In this document: one piece after another, positions 1-8,101 of the stretch
Position numbering within the stretch: position 1 is the first letter of the stretch
Layout of the letters: each line of letters begins with the position of its first letter
Virus record (IMG/VR): IMGVR_UViG_3300043399_000297
Location: 124,001-188,000 of that record
DNA: 64,000 nt
Reading direction: 5' to 3' (one strand)
The notes under the pieces: generated by a model
What the model was told of the DNA's origin: nothing
Seen by the model: only the letters and a program-made list of their open reading frames with translations
Database searches by the model: none
Program-made: the position numbers and the translations under genes

Positions 1-296
1 AATATGATGAGGTTGCAATAAGCGATGACAAGATTATCGTGGCCACGTATGGTGTTGCAGCAGTAGGCATTAATATTCCTAGAATTTTCAATCTTGTTCT
101 TATTGAGCCTGGTAAGAGCTTTGTTCGTGTTATTCAGTCAATAGGTAGAGGCATTCGTAAAGCAGAGGATAAGGACCACGTGGAAATCTGGGATATCACA
201 AGCACTTGTAAGTTTGCAAAACGACATTTGACTCAGCGCAAACAATTCTACAAAGAAGCTAATTATCCCTTCAGTTTGGAGAAATTAGATTATTAA
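1..296 (+). CDS. uvsW: C-terminal part of an SF2 DNA helicase (T4 UvsW-like); 5' end lies outside the window
   Basis: Frame is open from the window start. It carries the SF2 motifs ATYGVAAVGINIP (motif V) and IQSIGRGIR (motif VI) and a UvsW-like HLTQRKQFY tail. Confidence 0.85.
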   Translation, partial: YDEVAISDDKIIVATYGVAAVGINIPRIFNLVLIEPGKSFVRVIQSIGRGIRKAEDKDHVEIWDITSTCKFAKRHLTQRKQFYKEANYPFSLEKLDY

Positions 297-300
297 TTTC

Positions 301-329
301 TTGACTTGTTATAATATTGTTGCTATGAT
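301..329 (+). promoter_or_regulatory. sigma70-type promoter (TTGACT-N17-TATGAT), probably leaderless into ATG 336
   Basis: -35 at 301-306, -10 at 324-329, ATG 6 nt later. Confidence 0.7.
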
Positions 330-335
330 ACTAAT

Positions 336-836
336 ATGCGAATACTAACATTAGAAAATACAAATTATAACCTAGAGACACTTCCTGAGGAAATTGATGA
401 CCTTAGGTTTGCTATTCTAGATAACTCTACTCCTTCAAATGTAGACTATCATTTTATTCCATTGATCTTTTTGGAATCATTTAATAGTCCTGCACTTGTA
501 TTGAAAATAGCAAATAAAATTATCAAGATGCCTATTGATTGGCAAGTATTGATAGGAGAGCAAGAACACGGTGATTTAGAATCATTGCCACTATCAAGTC
601 TTAATGACAGAGGGTTTAATGTTTTTGAGTTTAATCCACTAACTTCGTATGCTCCGGGATTTCTACCTATTGAGATACTAGACATATATCCAGAAGTAAC
701 TTGGTATGCACCTAGATTAAAGAATGGACAATTTTTAGCCGTACCTATAGATGAAGGAGAAAAGCCAAGATGCGTTTACTTTGTTAAAGAAGTCAGTAGA
801 AATTGTGAAGTAGTTGACTATAGCCAAGTATATTAA
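336..836 (+). CDS. hypothetical phage protein (166 aa)
   Basis: Long ORF directly after a promoter; no motif recognised with confidence. Confidence 0.75.
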   Translation: MRILTLENTNYNLETLPEEIDDLRFAILDNSTPSNVDYHFIPLIFLESFNSPALVLKIANKIIKMPIDWQVLIGEQEHGDLESLPLSSLNDRGFNVFEFNPLTSYAPGFLPIEILDIYPEVTWYAPRLKNGQFLAVPIDEGEKPRCVYFVKEVSRNCEVVDYSQVY

Positions 837-846
837 GGAGAAGACA

Positions 847-978
847 ATGACTAGTGTAATTGAATCCTATAAGAAGCAGAGTAAGAAGAAAGAGGGCGAT
901 GTAATGGGAGTAATTCGCACACTTTTCCCTGACATTGAAGTTGAAACCTTTTTGCAAAATAGGAATAAAAATGTCTAG
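847..978 (+). CDS. small hypothetical protein (43 aa, MTSVIESYKK...), below the ORF-track cutoff
   Basis: Strong SD (AAGGAG) upstream of ATG 847; stop overlaps the next ATG (971). Confidence 0.55.
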   Translation: MTSVIESYKKQSKKKEGDVMGVIRTLFPDIEVETFLQNRNKNV

Positions 979-1402
979 TGGAAAAACTATCGCTAATTCA
1001 CAACACGCCAAAGTAATTAATGTTACGAGTAAAACTTGGACATTGCCGAACCCTGCGACAGTTCCGGCAGGAAAGATTCAAGTATATTATGATAATACAA
1101 CGAAGAAGGAAAAGAAGATGGGTTGGTTTAGAAGAAAGTTTATGGAGTGGTCTCAGCGAGCCTGGGAAGACGGTAAGAAAGAACTGCATCATTTAAATGA
1201 AGTCAGACCTCACGAAGGCGTTAGTGGAAAGTCTAGTGTTCGTTTCACCGTTTATGCTGCGTCAGGAGGACATATCATTGAATATTACAAGCAAGATCGC
1301 TATAGAGATAGTGAAGGTCCTGAACTTGTTATCGTCAGTACCGGTGATAGCCTCGGTACAGCAGTTGAGCATATTCTTACACTAGAGGCACTAAAGTCCT
1401 AA
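971..1402 (+). CDS. hypothetical protein (likely start ATG 971)
   Basis: ORF in operon; its TAA shares a base with the next ATG. Confidence 0.7.
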   Translation: MSSGKTIANSQHAKVINVTSKTWTLPNPATVPAGKIQVYYDNTTKKEKKMGWFRRKFMEWSQRAWEDGKKELHHLNEVRPHEGVSGKSSVRFTVYAASGGHIIEYYKQDRYRDSEGPELVIVSTGDSLGTAVEHILTLEALKS

Positions 1403-1989
1403 TGGCTAAAGATAAACTATCAGTAGATGAAAAGTTTGAGAAGGTTGAGTTTGACCTTTTTGAAGCACTTGCGGCTATTGATAGGAAAGACTACGACTAT
1501 TATGATAGGTTAACTACAGAACAACAGCGTAAGTTTGTTCCTTTTATGCTAATTCATTGGGTCAGTGCTATCAAGGGTAGCAAGGATTTACAGTCATATT
1601 ATCTTCGAAGCACTGACTATCACGCTAATAGATATTTGTTCAATGAGTATGTGCAGAAAAATCCTAAACTACAATGGCTGATGCTATGTGCAGCAAGTCC
1701 GAATCGAGGAAAACAGTTCCATCAATGGATCCCGCACATAAAAGAACGTGTATCTAAACTGAAGGAATCACCCAAGAGTAGTGACATAAAGGAATATTTT
1801 AAAAAGGTATATCCAAAAGCATCTAGTTCAGATTTGTCATTAGTCACTGAGGTTTTTGTTGATAGTCATAGAAAAAAGATGTATATTGCAAACAAGTTTC
1901 CTGAACTTAAATATGATGAGATAGAGCTATTAAGTGACCTTATTACGAACGAAGATATCCAAGACTACGAAAAAGCCTCAGGTAACTAA
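1402..1989 (+). CDS. probable clamp-loader small subunit (T4 gp62-like)
   Basis: Pattern DLFEAL.AID.KD..YY...FVPFML..W.S...N...QW..L...FHQWI resembles phage gp62-like proteins; the large subunit is at 59991. Confidence 0.5.
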   Translation: MAKDKLSVDEKFEKVEFDLFEALAAIDRKDYDYYDRLTTEQQRKFVPFMLIHWVSAIKGSKDLQSYYLRSTDYHANRYLFNEYVQKNPKLQWLMLCAASPNRGKQFHQWIPHIKERVSKLKESPKSSDIKEYFKKVYPKASSSDLSLVTEVFVDSHRKKMYIANKFPELKYDEIELLSDLITNEDIQDYEKASGN

Positions 1990-2662
1990 AACAGAATTTC
2001 AATGTGAATTCTGTAATAGGTATTTCCTGAAGGAAACTACTATGATTAGCCATTTATGCGAAACAAAGCGTAGATGGCAAGACCGCGATATGCCAGGCAA
2101 TCGTATAGGATTTCAATCTTGGCTTGAGTTCTATAAAAGAAACACTGCAAGTAAGAAGCAAAAGACATATCAAGATTTCGCAAAGAGTGCATATTATATT
2201 GCCTTTGTCAAGTTTGGACATTATTGTGTTGACATTAAATGTATCAATGTGAATAGATATGCAGATTGGTTATTGAAGAATAATATCAAGATTGATAGTT
2301 GGTGTAGTGATAGCAATTATGATAAGTTTTTGATCGACTTCTTGAAAAATGAAGATCCATTAGATGCTATTGCGCGCAGTATTGAAACTACAATTGAATT
2401 GGCCAAGAAAGAACAAATACAAAGCAATGACTATTTAAGATATGGTAATAAGAATCGTATCTGTCATCTTATAACGAATGGTAAAATTAGTCCTTGGATG
2501 TTATATCAAAGCGAGAGTGGGATTGAGTTTGTTGAAAGTTTAGACGAAGGGCAGCAGAAATTAATCATTGACTATATCAATCCTGAACAGTGGGCATTGA
2601 AGTTTAGAAAAACTAATAACATTGATCAAGTGAAAGAGTTATTGAAAAAAGCAGGTTATTGA
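1934..2662 (+). CDS. hypothetical protein with an N-terminal zinc finger
   Basis: FQCEFCNRYF...SHLC motif. Confidence 0.7.
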   Translation: MTLLRTKISKTTKKPQVTKTEFQCEFCNRYFLKETTMISHLCETKRRWQDRDMPGNRIGFQSWLEFYKRNTASKKQKTYQDFAKSAYYIAFVKFGHYCVDIKCINVNRYADWLLKNNIKIDSWCSDSNYDKFLIDFLKNEDPLDAIARSIETTIELAKKEQIQSNDYLRYGNKNRICHLITNGKISPWMLYQSESGIEFVESLDEGQQKLIIDYINPEQWALKFRKTNNIDQVKELLKKAGY

Positions 2663-2688
2663 ATAAATATATTTGAAGAGGGTTAAAA

Positions 2689-3024
2689 ATGGCTGCGCGT
2701 TACACAAAAATTACTTATTCTAGACCAAATATTCAAACTCCATGGTTTTGGGAGTCGCCTGCTGGATTGCAAGACACTTCCTTAAATGCCGGATTACAAG
2801 GATTTTATTCTTCACAATTGAATAACTTGGTATATTTTAATGAGACACGCTCTCAAAATTTATTGTCTACTATATTTGAATATAATTTTCCTGATTTTGA
2901 TGCCTGGATGACTTTCAATAATTTAACGGCTGAGGAAGTTTTTCCTATAGACATTTTACCTGCTGAGAAAGCATATAATGCAGAACACGGAATAACTTAT
3001 GTTTTGGAAACCAACGAAATCTGA
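2689..3024 (+). CDS. hypothetical protein, probably late-expressed
   Basis: TAAATA box at ~2664 and GAGGG SD upstream. Confidence 0.6.
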   Translation: MAARYTKITYSRPNIQTPWFWESPAGLQDTSLNAGLQGFYSSQLNNLVYFNETRSQNLLSTIFEYNFPDFDAWMTFNNLTAEEVFPIDILPAEKAYNAEHGITYVLETNEI

Positions 3025-3030
3025 TTTTTG

Positions 3031-3059
3031 TTGACAATTACGAATAGGTCGTGTATCAT
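3031..3059 (+). promoter_or_regulatory. sigma70-type promoter (TTGACA-N17-TATCAT), leaderless into ATG 3066
   Basis: Consensus -35, 17-nt spacer, ATG 6 nt after the -10. Confidence 0.7.
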
Positions 3060-3065
3060 TACAAA

Positions 3066-3287
3066 ATGAGCGCGACCTATTTTCATATGAGTCAGGATTT
3101 ATTTAACAAGTGGACATATGCTTTGATTGATGAAGCATACGATTGGAAACAACTTGGACTTTCAAATGAATATTGCAATGATATATCAATGCCTAAATAT
3201 GGGTTGAGGCTCATCAATTGGCAAGACCGATCGTTTTATATTATAGACGAAAAGAAATATGCAATCTTTCTATTGAGGTACCAATGA
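3066..3287 (+). CDS. small hypothetical protein (ends IFLLRYQ)
   Basis: ORF; start placed at ATG 3066 by promoter geometry. Confidence 0.6.
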   Translation: MSATYFHMSQDLFNKWTYALIDEAYDWKQLGLSNEYCNDISMPKYGLRLINWQDRSFYIIDEKKYAIFLLRYQ

Positions 3288-3502
3288 GTATATTCAAAGA
3301 TGAAAGCCCATACAGTGTCCTTGTCGGTGACAGCAAAATCATCGATGAAAATGAGGTATTAGATTGGTGTCGTAATACTGAAGGGTTCCAGGGCGTAATT
3401 ACAACTGATGTATCTGATGTTAGTGCTACTGATGATATTATCTATACCTATTTGTTTGACACTCAAGAAGCTGCAACTTGGTTTAAATTAAGGTGGTTAT
3501 AA
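3284..3502 (+). CDS. small hypothetical protein (ends WFKLRWL)
   Basis: ATGA overlap with the previous stop. Confidence 0.6.
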   Translation: MSIFKDESPYSVLVGDSKIIDENEVLDWCRNTEGFQGVITTDVSDVSATDDIIYTYLFDTQEAATWFKLRWL

Positions 3503-3744
3503 GAAGTAGCTGGTACGATATTAAACGAGGTTGGGAACAAACTAATCCGGGATGGTATGAAAAGATCATATACATAGAAGATCCACCCGAAACAATAAAA
3601 AGATATTACGAAATATTAGAATGGATTTATGAAAACTTAGATAGTTGTGAACGACATTGCAGGTGGCGATATAACGGCAACTATCTATGTTTTAAGTTTA
3701 GATATGAAAGACATTACTTATGGTTCAACCTAACTTGGGGTTAA
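3493..3744 (+). CDS. small Trp-rich hypothetical protein
   Basis: Overlapping ORF in operon; ends WFNLTWG. Confidence 0.6.
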   Translation: MVIRSSWYDIKRGWEQTNPGWYEKIIYIEDPPETIKRYYEILEWIYENLDSCERHCRWRYNGNYLCFKFRYERHYLWFNLTWG

Positions 3745-4001
3745 CCCCAATAAATTATGAATATATAGACGAACAACCAACTCCTCCTAGAAAGATTAAA
3801 AAGACAGTTCCTTCTAATGACGGTGGTTGGGAAGATAGAACTTTTATCCGTATTCCAGTCGGAGAACATAAAATAAGTGAATTAGAAATTTGGTGTAGAT
3901 CATATTACTATGAACCTCGTTATCTTGGTCCCTGGTTCAAAGTTTCTGGCTATATCATATTAGACGAAAAGACATATACGCATTGGAAGTTGTGTGAGTG
4001 A
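3720..4001 (+). CDS. small hypothetical protein
   Basis: Overlapping ORF in operon. Confidence 0.55.
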   Translation: MVQPNLGLTPINYEYIDEQPTPPRKIKKTVPSNDGGWEDRTFIRIPVGEHKISELEIWCRSYYYEPRYLGPWFKVSGYIILDEKTYTHWKLCE

Positions 4002-4683
4002 TCTAACAACCGGTGAAGGTTACATATTCCTAGAGAATATTATACCACACGATCTTATTGATGGGATCAACAGTAAACTAGATACACTATATCCTGTTCG
4101 TGCATCCAGTGCAGGTAAGCAATATGCAGAAAAAGATGACATAAAGAATCTACCTGATATTAGCGTTTGGTGGAGTCAAATGACTATGGATTGGCCAGAA
4201 GTATATTTGATCAATGACTTCTTAATTACACAAGTAAGTAAGGAGTTAGATAACTCAGTTTGGTATGCTAGCGATATAGTCACGATTAACGGTGATAGTA
4301 AGTGGGTGAATCCACATGTGGATACCCCACATAGATTTGATCAATGGAATATGGATGATAGACTGTTAGGAGTGCAGTGCATCGTTTCATTGCAAGATAC
4401 TACTCCTGAAATGGGAGCAACTGGATTTGTACCAAACAGTCATATACCAGACTGGGACATTCATCTATGCTATAACGGTGCATATAACAAATATTTTTAT
4501 GATTTTTGTGAACAGAAACATATGCCGAAAGGTAGTGTATTGATGTATAACTGTAGATTGCTTCATAGTAGTATGCCAAATTATTTTCATGAACCTCGCC
4601 CAATGCTCTTGCTAAATTATCTAAACGGTGATATAGTAGAAGATGTGAAAAAGATAGATAATATTTGGAGTTCAAATGGCTAG
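3994..4683 (+). CDS. phytanoyl-CoA dioxygenase (PhyH) family 2OG-Fe(II) oxygenase
   Basis: PHVD (HxD) motif, GATGFVPNSH, and KGSVLMYNCRLLHSSMPN..PR (distal His and Arg). Confidence 0.85.
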   Translation: MSDLTTGEGYIFLENIIPHDLIDGINSKLDTLYPVRASSAGKQYAEKDDIKNLPDISVWWSQMTMDWPEVYLINDFLITQVSKELDNSVWYASDIVTINGDSKWVNPHVDTPHRFDQWNMDDRLLGVQCIVSLQDTTPEMGATGFVPNSHIPDWDIHLCYNGAYNKYFYDFCEQKHMPKGSVLMYNCRLLHSSMPNYFHEPRPMLLLNYLNGDIVEDVKKIDNIWSSNG

Positions 4684-5233
4684 GCATTGTATGCTGGATA
4701 TGGAAACGCTTGACACTGCACCGTCAACTGTTATCCTCACGATTGGTGCAGTGATTTTTGATCCGCGCGGTATGGGAGTCACTGATACTCTTGATCTTCG
4801 CCCCACGATTGATGAACAGACCGACACATATGGTCGCACTATAAGTGACGCTACTATGCAATGGTGGAGCGGCCAGAGTCCAGAAGCGATTGAAGAAGCT
4901 ATGGGTGATCGTGATCGTATCCCATATCGTGACGCAATGGAAAAGCTTTATAAGTTCTGCTGGAACTGTGATAAGGTCTGGGCTAACGGGTCAATCTTTG
5001 ATATCGCAGTGGCAGAAAGTGCATTTCGTGATCTTGAAATGCAGATGCCCTGGCAGTTTTGGAACATTCGTGATTGTCGCACTATTTATGATCTTGCCGG
5101 TGTATCGTTGAAGGATGCAAAGTATCAGACTAAGACTACTCACAAGGCCGTAGAAGATGCTATACACCAGGCTATTGTTATTCAAGACGCATACAAGATT
5201 TTTATGAAGGCTGGATTGACTCATATCCGATGA
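4676..5233 (+). CDS. DEDDh 3'-5' exonuclease
   Basis: MLDMETL (ExoI), WANGSIFD (ExoII), HKAVEDA (ExoIII). Confidence 0.85.
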   Translation: MARHCMLDMETLDTAPSTVILTIGAVIFDPRGMGVTDTLDLRPTIDEQTDTYGRTISDATMQWWSGQSPEAIEEAMGDRDRIPYRDAMEKLYKFCWNCDKVWANGSIFDIAVAESAFRDLEMQMPWQFWNIRDCRTIYDLAGVSLKDAKYQTKTTHKAVEDAIHQAIVIQDAYKIFMKAGLTHIR

Positions 5234-5454
5234 ACACTGAAAAAGAAAATATTTGGCGAACACTGCAAGGGTTGAAGCCTATTCAGCCATTAAAGTGTCG
5301 TTTGGGGTGGCATCGTTGGACTAGCTTTGAAGTGACTGACGGTGATTATGGAATGGGATATGGAGCTGCTGCAAGATGTAATTGTGCGGATTGCGGATTA
5401 CCCAGAGTAGAATATCCCGTCAGATTATTAGGTCCTAAAAATAATGCAAATTGA
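5230..5454 (+). CDS. small Cys/His-containing hypothetical protein
   Basis: CRLGWHRW...CADCG motif; overlaps both neighbours. Confidence 0.6.
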   Translation: MNTEKENIWRTLQGLKPIQPLKCRLGWHRWTSFEVTDGDYGMGYGAAARCNCADCGLPRVEYPVRLLGPKNNAN

Positions 5455-6013
5455 TAGTGACATTGACATTGATGTTGGGAATCGTGATCAACTGTTATCA
5501 GTGATCAAGCATATTCCTGCCGCAATGCGCAAAGTCAATCCTATCCGCAAACATCCAAGTGGTATCTATATCACAGATATTCCCTATGATCCTATAAACG
5601 ATATGGCATCAATTGATTATGTTGAAGCCGAACAGAGAGGATATTTTAAACTAGACATTCTTAATGTCCACGTATATGAAAAAGTAAAGGACGAAGAACA
5701 TTTAGTTAGATTGATGGAAGAACCAGATTGGTCTATGCTCAATGACAAATCTATAGTTGAAAAACTAATACACCTTAATAATTCATTCTATGTTATTCAA
5801 AGAATGCCAGAGCCAATTAATAGTATCCCTAGACTTGCTATGTTTCTAGCAGTTATTCGTCCTGCTAAAAAGCATCTGCAAGGGTTATCTTGGAAAGAAG
5901 TTGCTAAAACTGTGTGGGATAGAGATGTAGACGGGTACAGCTTCCGAAAGTCTCACGCAATAGCTTATGCCCAATTAGTTGTTGTTCATATGAATTTATT
6001 GAGGGGAGTATAA
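5444..6013 (+). CDS. dnaE: DNA polymerase III alpha (DnaE)-like fragment carrying the catalytic aspartates
   Basis: SDIDID, KHPSGIYI, GYFKLDILN and YSFRKSHAIAYA match DnaE PDxDxD, HAGGVVI, GLVKFDFLG and YGFNKSHSAAY. Confidence 0.85.
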   Translation: MQIDSDIDIDVGNRDQLLSVIKHIPAAMRKVNPIRKHPSGIYITDIPYDPINDMASIDYVEAEQRGYFKLDILNVHVYEKVKDEEHLVRLMEEPDWSMLNDKSIVEKLIHLNNSFYVIQRMPEPINSIPRLAMFLAVIRPAKKHLQGLSWKEVAKTVWDRDVDGYSFRKSHAIAYAQLVVVHMNLLRGV

Positions 6014-6276
6014 TGGCCGAAATCAAAATCAAGCGTAAGCCTGTAAGAATGAATGAAAATATGACAGCTATGCAAATTAGGCGTAAGCATATAAACATTA
6101 CTGGAAAGATCACAACACTACAGGAGCAGATTAAGCAATTGCAGGAACTATGTCAGCATACAAATGTTGAGAAGAAGTATAAAGCCAACACAGGCAACTA
6201 CGATCCCTCTGCTGACAGTTACTGGATTGATTGGAGATGCCCGGATTGCGGCAAACGATGGATAACAGACCAATGA
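6013..6276 (+). CDS. hypothetical protein with a zinc-ribbon-like C-terminus
   Basis: CQH...CPDCGKRW. Confidence 0.6.
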   Translation: MAEIKIKRKPVRMNENMTAMQIRRKHINITGKITTLQEQIKQLQELCQHTNVEKKYKANTGNYDPSADSYWIDWRCPDCGKRWITDQ

Positions 6277-6485
6277 CTCACTTAACTATAGTTAAATGGC
6301 TAGGAACAATAGGTATCATTGGTTCTACACTACTTAGAGCATTTGATTATCATATTGCTGATATGACAGTAGGCTTTATTGGTACTGCTTGCTGGGCATA
6401 TGCTGCTATTAAAGAGAAAGATTACCCTCTGCTTACGGTTAACGGATTCGTATTAGCAGTATTAGGATATGGACTTATTAGATGA
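6273..6485 (+). CDS. small membrane protein
   Basis: Three hydrophobic segments; ATGA overlap at 6273. Confidence 0.6.
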   Translation: MTHLTIVKWLGTIGIIGSTLLRAFDYHIADMTVGFIGTACWAYAAIKEKDYPLLTVNGFVLAVLGYGLIR

Positions 6486-6826
6486 AACCACTAATTAAAC
6501 ACGCAAGATCGTTTCCAGTATCAATTTACATTGCTGGAAGTTATAGTAAGGCAATTAAGCTGGTACAGGAATACTGTGACGAAGTAGGATATTGCGTCAC
6601 AGTAGAATCTACTTATTATGTATACAAAGGAGGAAGCGAACACGGAATTCGTGTAGGACTTATCAATTACCCTCGCTTCCCTAGTGATCCTTCTACCATT
6701 ACCAAGAAAGCATTTGAGATTGCTGAAAAACTACGAGTAGGGTTGAATCAAGAATCCTATTCAGTGGAAACTCCATTAGAAACGATTTGGTATAGTTATA
6801 GAACGGGTGATGTAAGTGAAGATTAA
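6482..6826 (+). CDS. hypothetical phage protein
   Basis: ORF coupled to both neighbours; contains GLINYPRFP. Confidence 0.7.
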   Translation: MKPLIKHARSFPVSIYIAGSYSKAIKLVQEYCDEVGYCVTVESTYYVYKGGSEHGIRVGLINYPRFPSDPSTITKKAFEIAEKLRVGLNQESYSVETPLETIWYSYRTGDVSED

Positions 6827-7076
6827 TTACGGAATATTAGCTAGGGCTTTTTGGGATAGCATCAAGTTTCCTTTACTAATACTAGGGTTACTAGCATTGG
6901 TTGCTACTGTGGTAATACCTATATTCTATTTTCTAGGTCCTAATGCAGGATTCCCGGTAGTCATAGCACTGCTTGTGTTTAGTCTGTTGGTAATGTTCAC
7001 TATCGTGAGATATAGAGAGTTGATGGAGGAACATAGAAAAGAACAGAAGAGGATAATTAACACACTAATGAAATGA
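6816..7076 (+). CDS. membrane protein (2 TM)
   Basis: Two long hydrophobic stretches. Confidence 0.6.
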   Translation: MKINYGILARAFWDSIKFPLLILGLLALVATVVIPIFYFLGPNAGFPVVIALLVFSLLVMFTIVRYRELMEEHRKEQKRIINTLMK

Positions 7077-7189
7077 TAGACTTTTTAAAGTTTGTTTTCG
7101 TTGTTGTCTATATAGTTACAATAGAAGTTTATGATAGGATATTTAATGCAGATAAAGTTGTTAGAAGAAGGAAACGAATTACTGACTAA
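7073..7189 (+). CDS. putative 38-aa membrane peptide (MIDFLKFVFVVVYIV...)
   Basis: ATGA overlap with the previous stop; hydrophobic N-half and basic tail; overlaps the def start. Confidence 0.3.
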   Translation: MIDFLKFVFVVVYIVTIEVYDRIFNADKVVRRRKRITD

Positions 7190-7664
7190 TGCCTGTGAAG
7201 AATGGGACTTTGAGAAAGACGGTGATCCTACCGAGTTAGTCAAAGATTTGTTCACCGCGTTAGTTGAGTATGGCGGTGTTGGGCTTGCTGCCCCGCAATG
7301 TGGAATTATGAAGAACATCTTTGTAATGGGCAACTTCCAGAAATTGACAGCCTGCATTAATCCTGTTGTAGTTGAAACGAGTGATAATGCAATAGTTGAT
7401 GTAGAAGGATGCTTGAGCTTTCCGGGACTATGGCTTAAGGTAAAAAGACCTACTAGTGTAACAGTGCAATATCAGAATATTGAGGGCAAGACTGTTCAGG
7501 AAGAACTAGATGGACTTGCTGCAAGGGTGTTCTTGCACGAATTTGATCACTTGTTTGGCATTACATTTGATAACAGGGTAGGGGAATTAAGTTTGAAGAT
7601 GGCTAGAGAAAAGAGAAAGAAGTCAATAAAGAAACTATCTAGGGCATCCGCTTCACAAGCGTAA
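7146..7664 (+). CDS. def: peptide deformylase
   Basis: GVGLAAPQ, EGCLS and HEFDH signature motifs. Confidence 0.95.
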   Translation: MQIKLLEEGNELLTNACEEWDFEKDGDPTELVKDLFTALVEYGGVGLAAPQCGIMKNIFVMGNFQKLTACINPVVVETSDNAIVDVEGCLSFPGLWLKVKRPTSVTVQYQNIEGKTVQEELDGLAARVFLHEFDHLFGITFDNRVGELSLKMAREKRKKSIKKLSRASASQA

Positions 7665-8016
7665 TACTACGTCTTTTAGAACGTTTTTTAGCAAAGTCAG
7701 TCATACTAACTATAGGACCATGAACGATTTCCAGCCCCTTGTTATTGAATGTCTTGATATAAGGCTTAAAGATATTCCATTCTGTTTTCAGAAAAATATT
7801 AATGGGAATCGATCTATTCGATTCCCACCACCATATATCACCTAATTCTAAAAATTTTGCTTTTAACTCTATCTCAACAATCGCACCGTAATCATATAAT
7901 GTTGTAACAGTGTCATCCCTATTTTGGATTATGCCCACGTAATCTTGATTACTGTAGGTGCATATGGTGATGAAAGGATGGTTGTCGCTCAGCTTCTTTA
8001 AAAAATCTTCATTCAT
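7639..8016 (-). CDS. hypothetical phage protein
   Basis: ORF preceded by a minus-strand TAAATA box (~8028-8033). Confidence 0.7.
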   Translation of the reverse strand: MNEDFLKKLSDNHPFITICTYSNQDYVGIIQNRDDTVTTLYDYGAIVEIELKAKFLELGDIWWWESNRSIPINIFLKTEWNIFKPYIKTFNNKGLEIVHGPIVSMTDFAKKRSKRRSITLVKRMP

Positions 8017-8101
8017 AATAGTGAAAGTATTTACACTATTTTACCCAAACTATATATTTTCATATTTTATTAGCTAAATACGTTATCAAAGGAGAAACAT
8101 T

